From an uncultured Spirochaetota bacterium (GTDB lineage Bacteria; Spirochaetota; UBA4802; UBA5550): 64,000 bases of DNA. Location: positions 256,001-320,000 of the forward strand of contig CAWHAA010000005.1 of NCBI GenBank assembly GCA_963827275.1, written 5' to 3'. The translations under genes were made by a program, and so were the position numbers. Under the pieces are notes generated by a model. That model was not told the origin of the DNA, did no database searches, and saw nothing but the letters and a program-made list of their open reading frames with translations. This document shows positions 54,035 through 63,543 of this stretch, one piece after another (position 1 is the first letter of the stretch; every line of letters starts with the position of its first letter).

Positions 54035-54114
54035 TTTTCATAATTCATCTTGACATTGTTATCTTATTTTGTTTAAAAATATTAAAAATAATTTTATAGA
54101 GGGCTAGCAGTAAA

Positions 54115-54898
54115 ATGAAAAAAATAGTTTTCATTTTTGTTTCAACTATTCTATTATGGGGATGTGCAACAAGTGGTTATGTACAATTTTATAAACCATA
54201 TATTAATCCAAAAGATAATCCTGATTATGAGCAATTAAAATATGGTGAACGACCTATAATCTATAAATCCAATGCTCTGATAAAAGATGTAAATTTTCTT
54301 CTTTCAAAAGGTTATGCTGTTATTGGTGAATCAAATTTCAATGGAGTATATGAAAATATTCAAAATGCGATAGATCAGGCAAGGGATGTAGGAGCAACCT
54401 GTGTTATAGTAAAAGCAAATTATTCTGTATACGCAAACACGGTCTTGGACAGAAGCCGTTCCAGATTTTAGTACAACATACCATTCAGGGAATATTTCTA
54501 CTGGGCGTTCAAATGCTTATTATAATGGCAGAAGTACCACATATGGCACAAAATACGTAGAACAAACCGCACGTGTTGATCGTTATGATCAAAATGCAGT
54601 TTATCTAGTTAAATCAAATAAAAAACTCAGAATCGGTATATATTTTAAGGATTTAACTCCAGAAAAACGTCTAGAAATTGGAAGAAATACAGGGGTATCG
54701 GTTAATGCTGTTGTGGAAAATTCACCTGCATTTCTTGCAAATGTTATGTCAGAGGATGTAATAACAGCAGTAGATTGGAAACCAGTAAATAATTGTGAAG
54801 AATTGAATAAAATTTTAGACCAACTAAAATCAGGAGTAACATTTACACTAATTCGAAATAAACAAACGAAAAATATTTTTATTAAATTTAATCAGTAG
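54115..54898 (+). pseudogene. PDZ-domain lipoprotein, frameshifted
   Basis: Lipobox WGC; VENSPA..A....DVI.AVD...V PDZ motif; broken frames near 54430-54480. Confidence 0.65.
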
Positions 54899-54976
54899 CT
54901 GAAACAACTTACTGATTTTTATATTTTACTTTCTAGGAATCTGCCCACTCATCGGTGCCGGCCGAGGGGACACAAA

Positions 54977-55053
54977 GCATTTTATCAGCAATTACTTCCT
55001 CTTAAATTAAGCCCCCTCCGGCAGAAAAAGCGCTGAACAGAGGCTTAAAATTT
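54977..55053 (+). repeat. ~75-bp repeat, inverted relative to 52508-52581
   Basis: Direct alignment; overlaps the stop codon of the Lgt-like gene. Confidence 0.85.
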
Positions 55054-55782
55054 TTTCAACAATACCCATTTATTTGCTTTATTAAAAATAATTGTCATAA
55101 TACAAGTTAATATGATTATTAAAGATATTTCTTGTGATGGTGAATAAAAGTCAGTGAAAAGACGTCCTCTATTATCACCTCTTTTAAATTCAATAAAAAA
55201 CCTAAATACAGAGTAGCATAATAAATATATAATTAATCTATTTTTTTTAATAAATTTCTGAAAAATAAGTGTTAATGTTAAAAGAAATATTATTTCAATC
55301 TCTCTTATTGGAAAACGAACAAATAATACAGATAAAACAGTAGTGTTACATATATTACCATAACAGCAACCACCGAGTAGGCATCCTATACGACCAATTG
55401 AATGAAATAAAGTAATTGAAGGAACTATTTCATTTATATATATGTATGTATTATATCCAGATAATTCAAGAATTATATAAAAAGTAATGATAAAAACAAT
55501 TAAGCCAAAATAAAATGTATACCCAGCATATATTATTTTTTGAAAAATATTAAATTTATCAAATTCTGAATAAATATACCAGTTTCCAATATTAGAGAAA
55601 GCTATTCCAACAAGAAACGATAATCCAATATAAATAATAGTATCTTCTTTTCGATATTTAGAATCTCCAATATTTTTAGAATTATAGAAATATAAAATTG
55701 ATGACGCTATCAAACCTATAGCAACCATAATATTAAATATTGGAATATTACCAAAATAAATTAATGGATGTAGTTCAATCAT
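55045..55782 (-). CDS. Prolipoprotein diacylglyceryl transferase (Lgt)-family protein
   Basis: IGRIGC...GCCYG, Y..FRFFIEF.RGD, SQ.IS; multi-TM. Confidence 0.8.
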   Translation of the reverse strand: MIELHPLIYFGNIPIFNIMVAIGLIASSILYFYNSKNIGDSKYRKEDTIIYIGLSFLVGIAFSNIGNWYIYSEFDKFNIFQKIIYAGYTFYFGLIVFIITFYIILELSGYNTYIYINEIVPSITLFHSIGRIGCLLGGCCYGNICNTTVLSVLFVRFPIREIEIIFLLTLTLIFQKFIKKNRLIIYLLCYSVFRFFIEFKRGDNRGRLFTDFYSPSQEISLIIILTCIMTIIFNKANKWVLLKKF

Positions 55783-55792
55783 TTTAAAATCA

Positions 55793-55822
55793 TCCACGGG
55801 TGGAATTTATTCCACCCGTGGA
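55793..55822. terminator. Perfect palindrome/hairpin between the DUF4064-like and Lgt-like genes
   Basis: TCCACGGGTGGAAT-TT-ATTCCACCCGTGGA. Confidence 0.6.
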
Positions 55823-55839
55823 ACATCTCAAAAATATCA

Positions 55840-56217
55840 TTAGGCCTGCACTTCTTCTTTTTTTTGTGCAAAAGCTATAATTCCACCAATTAAAAATAGA
55901 ACTAAAGCTATTAATGAAAAGAAATTAAAAGTAACAAGGGTAATTCCAGATAATAAAGCTGCCACTAATAAACCCACTCCTGCAATGACTGGATTTCTTT
56001 TCCCAAAAAGACAACATACAAATCCAATTAATGCTGAAATTAAACCTATTGCCATAAATGTATTGCCGGTTTCTTGAACGGCAGCTCCGCTATTACCTGA
56101 AATTGAATCAAGACCAACCGCACAAGCACCTGCACACAAAGCTCCCGGAAGTTGCATTACAGCACCAATGACACCCATGATCATTGGAACCATTGAAGTA
56201 CCTCTTTTCTTTGCCAT
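55840..56217 (-). CDS. Small 4-TM membrane protein (DUF4064-like)
   Basis: Gly-rich TM helices; RBS AGGAG. Confidence 0.6.
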   Translation of the reverse strand: MAKKRGTSMVPMIMGVIGAVMQLPGALCAGACAVGLDSISGNSGAAVQETGNTFMAIGLISALIGFVCCLFGKRNPVIAGVGLLVAALLSGITLVTFNFFSLIALVLFLIGGIIAFAQKKEEVQA

Positions 56218-56267
56218 TAAGAATCTCCTTTTAAAAATATAATTACAGGCTTTATTTTAATTGAAAG

Positions 56268-56981
56268 TTATTTATCTTTTTTCTTAACTGAAATAAATTT
56301 TAATGTAAAAACTGGATCATCTACAAAACCTTCCTCCATTAAGCTTTGCTCATTAAATCCTCTTTTTGAATCAGAAATGAAAGCCGCAGTAAATAGAACA
56401 TTATCTCCTTTATTTAGTTTTTCAACGTCTTTATATACTGATGAATTAAGAGGTATCATGCTATATGTTAGCATATCACTAAGCTCATTATTCCATGTTG
56501 CATAAGTTATTTCTTTATCATCAAATTCACTTTCAATTTTTATATAAAGTTTTTGCCCACCTTCGTTAGTCCCAATGTCTGTTAGTTGACCTTCCCAATT
56601 CACCACCCTTCCATTACCAAGATAACTTCTTAGAAATGAAACCATTTCACGATATACTGCTGATTTTTTTAATTCATTATCTTGCTCGGCATACTTTATT
56701 TTAAATTCTTTAAGTTTAGCATGAAATTTAATCTGATCTGGTTTTCCAATTTCCTTTGGTTCTGTATTTTCAGATGTTATTTTATCATCTGAATTACCTG
56801 AGGTACTAGATGATTCATTTTCACCAATATTTGCAATAATTCCAATTAAAATAATTGTAACGATAATATTGAGAAAATATGATAATCCTTTCTTCACATC
56901 TGTCGATTTGTAGATCAAATAAAAACCATAAAAAGGTATAAGATACTTCCAATTAAAACCTTTTGTTTCCTGATCTGTCAT
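56268..56981 (-). CDS. Membrane-anchored hypothetical protein
   Basis: N-terminal TM segments, Ser-rich linker, possible OB-fold C-domain; RBS AGGAGG. Confidence 0.6.
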   Translation of the reverse strand: MTDQETKGFNWKYLIPFYGFYLIYKSTDVKKGLSYFLNIIVTIILIGIIANIGENESSSTSGNSDDKITSENTEPKEIGKPDQIKFHAKLKEFKIKYAEQDNELKKSAVYREMVSFLRSYLGNGRVVNWEGQLTDIGTNEGGQKLYIKIESEFDDKEITYATWNNELSDMLTYSMIPLNSSVYKDVEKLNKGDNVLFTAAFISDSKRGFNEQSLMEEGFVDDPVFTLKFISVKKKDK

Positions 56982-57475
56982 TTGAGCCTCCTTGTAATAT
57001 TAATATTTGCCATTTATAAAAATCATACCTATTTAAATACAGTACTTCAACGTACGAATGGTTATCTGTTTCAATTTGCTATATCATAAAGTTACTGGCT
57101 CCTGTTAGAGCTCTGGAAACGGGAGGAGGTATATTACTTCCTGATGTTGCCCACTTTATCTGATTTATTTTAACAGAAAATTTTATAATCGGACTTAGAC
57201 CAATGTTTTTTCCGGATCCATACTTTCTCGGGATCGGCCAATTGCATTCTTTCACATCCCCCGGATGGAATTATTATTAAAATTTGTATGTATTATTCAG
57301 ACTATTGTCAAGTAATTTATAACAATATTTTCCATTGAAGATGGGAACGTTGAATAATTTCCTTCTAGAATATAATCTGTTAATCTTGAATATCTAGGTT
57401 GTTATGATTGCCTCACGAGCTTGATACTGTGTTGCAAGAATCGGGTGATGACCTATTCAGTTTCTGTGGCCTTAA

Positions 57476-57724
57476 TTACTGTATGGTGACGTCACCCTGA
57501 GTTAAACGAATTATCTCTTTTTGAACATTAGCTTTTAAATCATCACTACTTTTTTTTAGATTCTTGATTGTGATATAATAAGCCAACAATCGCTCAATTG
57601 GGATAGACCAATCTGCAAAATCGTTTATATCCTTGATAAAAGACTCATATAGCTTTATCCTCTTTTCTTTAAAGCTTGAAAACAATGCCAAGATCTCAAT
57701 ATTTGAAAAAGCTTTTTCTTCCAT
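57476..57724 (-). CDS. Hypothetical protein
   Basis: RBS GGAGG, 82 aa. Confidence 0.55.
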   Translation of the reverse strand: MEEKAFSNIEILALFSSFKEKRIKLYESFIKDINDFADWSIPIERLLAYYITIKNLKKSSDDLKANVQKEIIRLTQGDVTIQ

Positions 57725-57820
57725 AAATAACCTCCATGATTAACTACTATAGGTGTATACGAATGAGAAGTCAAAATGACATAAAATATTTTTAAAAATT
57801 AAATTATTTTAAGAATAAAT

Positions 57821-58545
57821 TTACTTTTTGTTTATGGCAATTAAATCCCATAGCCTTTTAGCTATTTCTTGTCCTAGTGCTTCAATCGATTTCTTCGACA
57901 TATCGACCGTCATTTCTCCTACTGATTCATCTGGTTCTTGACCGTTATCTGCTTTCATCAGTTGATCAATAATAGAAAAGTTATCATCAGAGAAATCAAT
58001 CCTGATGGTGTCGGGGAGGGCATTAAATGCTTCTAATATCTTGGAGTTGTTGTATTTGTTACATACTCTTGCTGGTAGAGCCATGTCTTCCCTGTAGTGC
58101 TTCATGTAAACATCTCGTTTCAATAAAAGATAATTAGGTGTACTTTTTTCAATAACATCGTCGTGATTATAAAAAGCCCATCTTCCTGTATTGTAAAATG
58201 CTTGGGGTCTTTTGGTATTATTCCAATACACTCCAATTGAAACTCATAGTCATAGAGGATCGTACAAATGCCGTTGCACTTATCTCTGTTCTCACATACA
58301 ACTATGGATATAAATTTATTGATATCGACAACCGATTCACCATCAATCTCCAATAATGTTCCTCTTAAATTATAGACCAGCTTAATTATTCTTAAAAATG
58401 ACCTGTTGCATTCATAAGCTAAAATGGATATGGCGTTTCCTGTTTCCGTATATGTTTTTGGAAAATTTATCTTTGCTAACTGGATAGCCTCAGGAAGCTT
58501 TACGGACTTACTTTTTGAATTGAATGTTAATCTATATGTAATCAT
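57821..58545 (-). CDS. Hypothetical protein, probably one frameshifted gene (58120-58545 + 57821-58231)
   Basis: Overlapping same-strand ORFs; RBS only before 58545. Confidence 0.45.
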
Positions 58546-58577
58546 AGGAATCTCCTTAAAATAATAGTCGTGAATAT

Positions 58578-59216
58578 TTATTGCTTAGCCCATCGATTCA
58601 CTTTTCTTTGGTTCTGATAAATACAGGAACCCCATGAAATATAACCGGACATCTTATTTAGCTTGTCGTGATTTGATCTGTATACCAGAAGCCAGTATTC
58701 CTCATCATCAACAGATGTTTCTCTATTCTTGCCTTGATTGAATTTTTTTCTGGCATTTGCAATAAGATGACCCCAGCCATAATTAGCTCTTCTTTCATTT
58801 TTATAACTCATTGGAATCCTTTTTGTTATATCCACCGCCTGTTCAATAGCCTTGAATTTCCATACCAAACAGGGGAAAATATCCCGAGAGAAATCATCGA
58901 GATTAACCTTCTCACAATTGGAATATTCACAAATACCCCAAAGATATACGGGGTCATAACGCTTATGTAATTTCATTATCTGGTAAGCAATTAATGCATC
59001 CCACTCGCCATTACTTTCGCCAGTATCTGGATGATCATTGAAACGATATCTTATCTTATTGATAGCCCGATTACAGCATTTAACCCACGTATACATTCCT
59101 ACAGGGTCAAAGGTTTCATTATGGCCGTAGTTATAATCTCTTTTCCTATTTCTAATTCGATCCAATAGATTCCGTATCCACCAAGGTGAGAACTCAGAGA
59201 CTTTCATTGTATTCAT
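58578..59216 (-). CDS. Transposase-operon accessory protein C (unknown, Trp/Arg-rich)
   Basis: ATGA overlap with the upstream ORF at 59213-59216; RBS GGAGG. Confidence 0.65.
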   Translation of the reverse strand: MNTMKVSEFSPWWIRNLLDRIRNRKRDYNYGHNETFDPVGMYTWVKCCNRAINKIRYRFNDHPDTGESNGEWDALIAYQIMKLHKRYDPVYLWGICEYSNCEKVNLDDFSRDIFPCLVWKFKAIEQAVDITKRIPMSYKNERRANYGWGHLIANARKKFNQGKNRETSVDDEEYWLLVYRSNHDKLNKMSGYISWGSCIYQNQRKVNRWAKQ

Positions 59217-59509
59217 TTCTTTAACCTCCGTAATGAGTATCCTTGCACCTTCCCACGTTGCTCGATGATTGTTGCACATAATTCAATTATTTCATGCTCA
59301 CTCAAATGACGGCATAGATACTTCAGGTCTTTATCTACGAGATAAAAGTTATCAAGAGTGAAGCGGTTAGCCTTTTTATGCGGATCTCGCAACTCCACTT
59401 CGCAATTCAATGGGGTTAATTCTCTACTTGTCAAAGCACAGCACCTCCCTTGTTGTTCTAATAATTGCCAGAAATGTTCAGCGGTGAATTTAAAGGCTTC
59501 ATCTGTCAT
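59213..59509 (-). CDS. Transposase-operon accessory protein B, degenerate HNH-like
   Basis: L..QQGRCCALT...L pattern and DNFYLV; start overlaps the transposase 3' end. Confidence 0.6.
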   Translation of the reverse strand: MTDEAFKFTAEHFWQLLEQQGRCCALTSRELTPLNCEVELRDPHKKANRFTLDNFYLVDKDLKYLCRHLSEHEIIELCATIIEQRGKVQGYSLRRLKK

Positions 59510-61238
59510 ACCCTTTCTCCTTTATTATTTTTTTCCGTTTATCTTTTGACATACCATATTTTGGTTGTCTGGGTTTCTTGGGTGCTTCTACTTGTTTTAT
59601 AAACTTGGTGATATCTGATAGTTCAGATAGTTCGTTCTTGTCGTAGGTGTAGAGGATATCGGGCAAAATCGGAATAAGCCTTTTCAGTTGATAATTAACA
59701 TCCCCCTTACCTTTCTTATTAACTTCCACGACATCTGCAATACCAAGCATTGCCCATATACGAACCACTCGAAGTGCTTTCTTTTTATTTATAGTTCCAG
59801 CATTGCATACGGTATTTAACGAGCGATGTTCACGATCAGCCAGAAATGAAAATAATCTGTGGGCTAAAGAATTGTATTCAGACTCACTCTGTCTTCTTTC
59901 TCTATTTTCCTCATCCCAATAGAACAGGTAATCCTCAACCGCCTGTTTGAGGGGATAATATTCATTCCGGTCTAATATGAATTTTAATCTTTTGGGGATT
60001 TGTTTTCTGGTCTTACTGAAGATCCCATGAACACGATTATCAGGTGTTGGAAGGTTATAAAGACATTCATTGATTTTTGCTTTTAAAGACCATTTTTCAG
60101 TTTTATCTGGTGACTTGTCCGTGCATATAGCTCTCTCACTATCCCCACACAGCTCCCCTACCCTCATCTCAACCAACCGATCCATCCCAAACAACCTCAA
60201 CCCCTTCAAGGCACACCACTCATCCAGATACAGTTGAGAATACTCTGGCCTGATATACCCATACCCAGCCAGAAAGGAATGCTTCAATACACGTTGGAAC
60301 CCTTCTGCCGTCTGACTATGGACTCCCTTACAGCTCCATCTCTCTCTACTCCAGACATTCCTCTTCAAATCCTTTGCCCGTTTCGAGTGGTTTACTGACC
60401 GATGATTGTCATTATATCGCTTCAACCACGGATAACCGGCATCAGAAAATATCGGAGCATGCTCAGGCAAGAAATCCAGTAAGGGCATAATCGTTCTTTG
60501 TCTTTGATCAGGAATAGAATCAAATATGACTGGCCCTTTCTTTATCCCAATCGTGGAAACCAATGTCCCGATCTGGTACTTACCCTTCTCCAGAGCCACA
60601 GAATCGGACAGGTAGATGCTGGAGGTCTGGCCGTTGTGCTTGTACCGTGCTCTGTAGCCATTAGAGCCTTTTCTAGCTGAAAACAGGGCAACTGTATCCA
60701 TTGATACTACCGGTTTGCTCTGGATTAATCCTGAGAGGTCTGAAGCGGTATCCTTGGGGAATCTAAAGCCTTCTGGGAACTCCTTCTGGATCTCCTCTGT
60801 CATGATCTGTTTAATAACGGGGATAAACTCCCTCAGGAATAACTGTAACCGCCTCTTGAGTAAGGTGGCGGTGTTGTTGGAACATTGGAGTCTTCTTTGT
60901 ATACTTGAGGCTGTCAGGACTTGAGGATGGATGTTGAGAGCTTCTGTTAGGATATATGAGAATGTCCAGAGCGGAAGTCTGAGATTGTGCAATGGGGTTT
61001 GGGAAGTACGTGATCCTTGGTAATAGCACTGGGGACAACGGATTGCATTTTCTCTGGTCGCTATTTCATTAGTAAGTCTTGTTTGGCAATGGGGACAGTA
61101 CTTGGGATAAGTGGAGTTAAGGATCTGTTTGGTTAGTTGGGTGTAATATTGGATGTTGATCTGGGGGAATCTTGTTGAGAATTGGGTCTTGGCATTTTGG
61201 TGAAAATGTATAGGTTGTGGGGAGTGTGAAGGAGAGAT
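59499..61238 (-). CDS. IS1595-like DDE transposase, core + 209-aa C-terminal extension, lacking start/RBS
   Basis: Frame open from the element end (ISPSH...YPKYCPHC...DDE...) to the stop at 59499; upstream antisense comM supplies no start before a stop. Confidence 0.87.
   Translation of the reverse strand: MSPSHSPQPIHFHQNAKTQFSTRFPQINIQYYTQLTKQILNSTYPKYCPHCQTRLTNEIATRENAIRCPQCYYQGSRTSQTPLHNLRLPLWTFSYILTEALNIHPQVLTASSIQRRLQCSNNTATLLKRRLQLFLREFIPVIKQIMTEEIQKEFPEGFRFPKDTASDLSGLIQSKPVVSMDTVALFSARKGSNGYRARYKHNGQTSSIYLSDSVALEKGKYQIGTLVSTIGIKKGPVIFDSIPDQRQRTIMPLLDFLPEHAPIFSDAGYPWLKRYNDNHRSVNHSKRAKDLKRNVWSRERWSCKGVHSQTAEGFQRVLKHSFLAGYGYIRPEYSQLYLDEWCALKGLRLFGMDRLVEMRVGELCGDSERAICTDKSPDKTEKWSLKAKINECLYNLPTPDNRVHGIFSKTRKQIPKRLKFILDRNEYYPLKQAVEDYLFYWDEENRERRQSESEYNSLAHRLFSFLADREHRSLNTVCNAGTINKKKALRVVRIWAMLGIADVVEVNKKGKGDVNYQLKRLIPILPDILYTYDKNELSELSDITKFIKQVEAPKKPRQPKYGMSKDKRKKIIKEKGYDR
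60127..61238. repeat. Right terminal direct repeat (1112 bp)
   Basis: Copy of 32979-34091. Confidence 0.93.
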
Positions 61239-61717
61239 GCCGGTGCGGCTACCTCTTCGACAAGGAGATCCCCTGCGTGTGCCCGCCGTACCAGGTCAAG
61301 GGCCATTTCCAGAAGATATCGGGCCCGATACTCGACCGGATCGACATCGAGGTGCTGGTCGGACGCGTACCATACCATGACCTGATGTCCGGCGGGTCGT
61401 ATGAAGGTTCGGCGGCCATCAAGGAACGGGTCATGGCCGCCCGCGAGATACAGGAACAGCGCTTCAAGGCAAGCCCGACCAGGTACAACGCGCGCATGAC
61501 CCAGGAGGAGATCAAGAAGCACTGCCGGTTCACGCCGGAAGCCGAGGAGGTGCTTGCCCTTGCCGTGAAGCGGACAAATCTCACCGCCCGCTCTTTTTTC
61601 AAGATCCTGAAAACCTGTCGCACCATTGCGGACCTGGGCGGAGCGGAAATGATCCAGAAGGGGCACATTCTTGAGGCGCTCTCATATAAGAATTTGCAGA
61701 GAAATTACGATGTATGA
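61239..61717 (+). pseudogene. comM: comM 3' fragment (begins with right TSD)
   Basis: CGYLFD..PCVC, KISGPILDRID, RTIADL, EALSY. Confidence 0.95.
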
Positions 61718-61807
61718 CCGGGTATGCCGGCAGCGTCCATGAAAAATAAAAAATCAGCCCGCAGAGAGACCGGCAGTTGATATTATTCGAATCCTGATGT
61801 ATATTGG

Positions 61808-62092
61808 GTGTACCATTATCTGCAGGAAAGAAAATTGCGGCTGGAACGAGAAAAAAGGAAAGATATCGAGGAGCAAGCCCGTTCTTGTTTTTTTGATGAC
61901 GGCGACAGGATAGAGGTCATGACCGAAGACGCGCCGGCACGGTTCCTGCTTATTTCGGGAAAACCGATCGGAGAGCCGGTCGCATGGAGCGGGCCGATTG
62001 TCATGAACACGCAGGAAGAGCCCAGGATTGCTTTCGAAGAATATCGGAACGGGACTTTTATCAGGCATGGACCTCCGGAATTGTTCTTGTAA
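61808..62092 (+). pseudogene. Pirin C-terminal fragment
   Basis: RFLLISGKPIGEPVAW.GPIVMNT.EE...AF.EY..GTF; no N-terminal pirin domain. Confidence 0.7.
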
Positions 62093-62270
62093 TTATTCAA
62101 GCGTCACGATACCATAGACGCATGGCGATAATCAGCATCAGCGCGGAACACCCGGCAACCACGGGTTGGCAGTGCGCGGAGCGGCGTCACCGATGCGCAT
62201 ACGGCCCGTTATATTAAACAGAGAGAGCGGGATGCCGGCAGCCCCGCCAGGACAGGGAAGGAGATACACC

Positions 62271-62516
62271 ATGGCAATCGAAGAAGATCTGAACCTGCAT
62301 AAAATTATGATCCAGACCGTGGACAAGCAGATCAGCGACAATGATCCGCCCGCCGCGCGGGAGGCCTTCGAGCGGCTGGTCAAAAACGGGCATGACAGGG
62401 AAACCGCGAAAGAGATGATAGCGTCGATTATAGCGGAAGAGATATACGTGATGATGAAAAACGACAAAAAGCTGGACCTTGAAAACTATATCGAACGTCT
62501 TGAAAAGCTGCAATGA
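62271..62516 (+). CDS. Small conserved hypothetical protein (DUF1841-like)
   Basis: V..QI..NDPP.....FERL...G pattern; RBS GGAG. Confidence 0.6.
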   Translation: MAIEEDLNLHKIMIQTVDKQISDNDPPAAREAFERLVKNGHDRETAKEMIASIIAEEIYVMMKNDKKLDLENYIERLEKLQ

Positions 62517-62569
62517 TACCGCCGGTGCAGCCGCGCGGCGGGCTGCCTGCCGTTACCGGGAACAGGTAA

Positions 62570-63535
62570 TCATCCCGCCCTGTAACGCACGCACCGGACC
62601 GCACGGTTCTTCTTCGCAAGGAGCTCCACCGGCGCCTGCGTGCACCGGCCGATCCCTATATCACATCTGGGGAAAAAAACGCATTCTTTCGGCCGGGCCG
62701 ACATGGAGGGCACCATGCCCGGGATGGTCCGGAGCGTCTTCCGGTTCTCCCCGATCCGGGGGATCGCGCTGAAGAGCCCCTTCGTATAGGGGTGCCCCGG
62801 GCTTTTGAATATGTCCGCCGTTTTCCCGTATTCCACGATTTCGCCCGCGTACATGATGGCGATTTCATCCGCGATGTTCGCCACGATCCCGAGGTCATGC
62901 GTGATGAGCAGGAGGGACATCTTCCGCTCTTCCTGTATCTTCATGAGCAGGTCCAGTATCTGGGCCTGGATGGTCACATCCAGCGCCGTGGTGGGCTCGT
63001 CGGCGATGAGGATCGACGGCGACGTTGACAGCGCCATCGCGATCATGGCGCGCTGGCGCATGCCGCCGGAAAGCTCGTGGGGATACGAGTTGAGACGCCG
63101 CGACGGATCGGGGATGCCCACGCTGTTCAGGAGCCCCGCAGCGTACTCCTTCGCTTCGCGGGCGGGCATGGCAAGGTGGAGGGTGATGCTCTCCATGATC
63201 TGGTACCCGATGGTGAAGACAGGGTTCAGCGAGGTCATCGGCTCCTGGAAGATCATGGCGATCTCCTTTCCCCGGACCTTCCTGATCTCCCCGTCGTCCA
63301 TCAGGGCAATGTCCCGTCCCCGGTAGAGGATGCTGCCGGATTCAATGCGCCCCGGCGGCGGGACGAGCCTCAGCAGCGAATAGGCGGTGACCGATTTTCC
63401 GCACCCGGACTCACCCACGAACCCGAGGGTGCGGCCCTTCTGGAGCGTGAAAGAGACGTCGCGCACCGCGAGGACGTCTCCCCCGGAAAGGGGGAACCGC
63501 ACATTGAGGTTGTTCACTTCAAGAATCGGCTGCAT
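62570..63535 (-). CDS. Oligopeptide/dipeptide ABC transporter ATP-binding protein (OppD/DppD)
   Basis: GESGCGKS, FQEPM, LSGGMRQR, ADEPTTALD, HPYT, C.F.PRC. Confidence 0.93.
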   Translation of the reverse strand: MQPILEVNNLNVRFPLSGGDVLAVRDVSFTLQKGRTLGFVGESGCGKSVTAYSLLRLVPPPGRIESGSILYRGRDIALMDDGEIRKVRGKEIAMIFQEPMTSLNPVFTIGYQIMESITLHLAMPAREAKEYAAGLLNSVGIPDPSRRLNSYPHELSGGMRQRAMIAMALSTSPSILIADEPTTALDVTIQAQILDLLMKIQEERKMSLLLITHDLGIVANIADEIAIMYAGEIVEYGKTADIFKSPGHPYTKGLFSAIPRIGENRKTLRTIPGMVPSMSARPKECVFFPRCDIGIGRCTQAPVELLAKKNRAVRCVRYRAG

Positions 63536-63543
63536 GGAGCACC

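Larger units (their letters stand above)
32979..61238. mobile_element. 28.3-kb integrative element in comM, bounded by 1.1-kb direct repeats of an IS1595-like transposase core
   Basis: 8-bp TSD, imperfect terminal IRs, AT-rich content, split host gene, mobile and defence cargo. Confidence 0.93.

Noticed and set aside
48661..55053. CRISPR array or canonical integron
   Set aside because: No regularly spaced identical repeats, no cas genes, no GTTRRRY/RYYYAAC cores; the recombinase lacks evident IntI features.
60117..60130. Similarity of the inner flank (CCGTGCAT) to the target junction (CCGGTGCAT)
   Set aside because: Short and out of register by 2 bp; could be chance.
32979..61238. Ordinary composite transposon made of two IS1595 copies
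   Set aside because: The repeats lack their own start/RBS and stop, and the ORF continues in frame into unique interior DNA at both inner ends. Not formally excluded without homologue comparison.
32979..61238. Prophage, Tn7-like element or conjugative ICE in comM
   Set aside because: No capsid, terminase, tail, TnsB/TnsC/TniQ, T4SS or recognisable conjugative relaxase genes are visible.
61217..61717. Re-initiation of the comM 3' half from a GTG inside the element end
   Set aside because: No convincing RBS, and the ATPase domain is split, so a functional product is unlikely.
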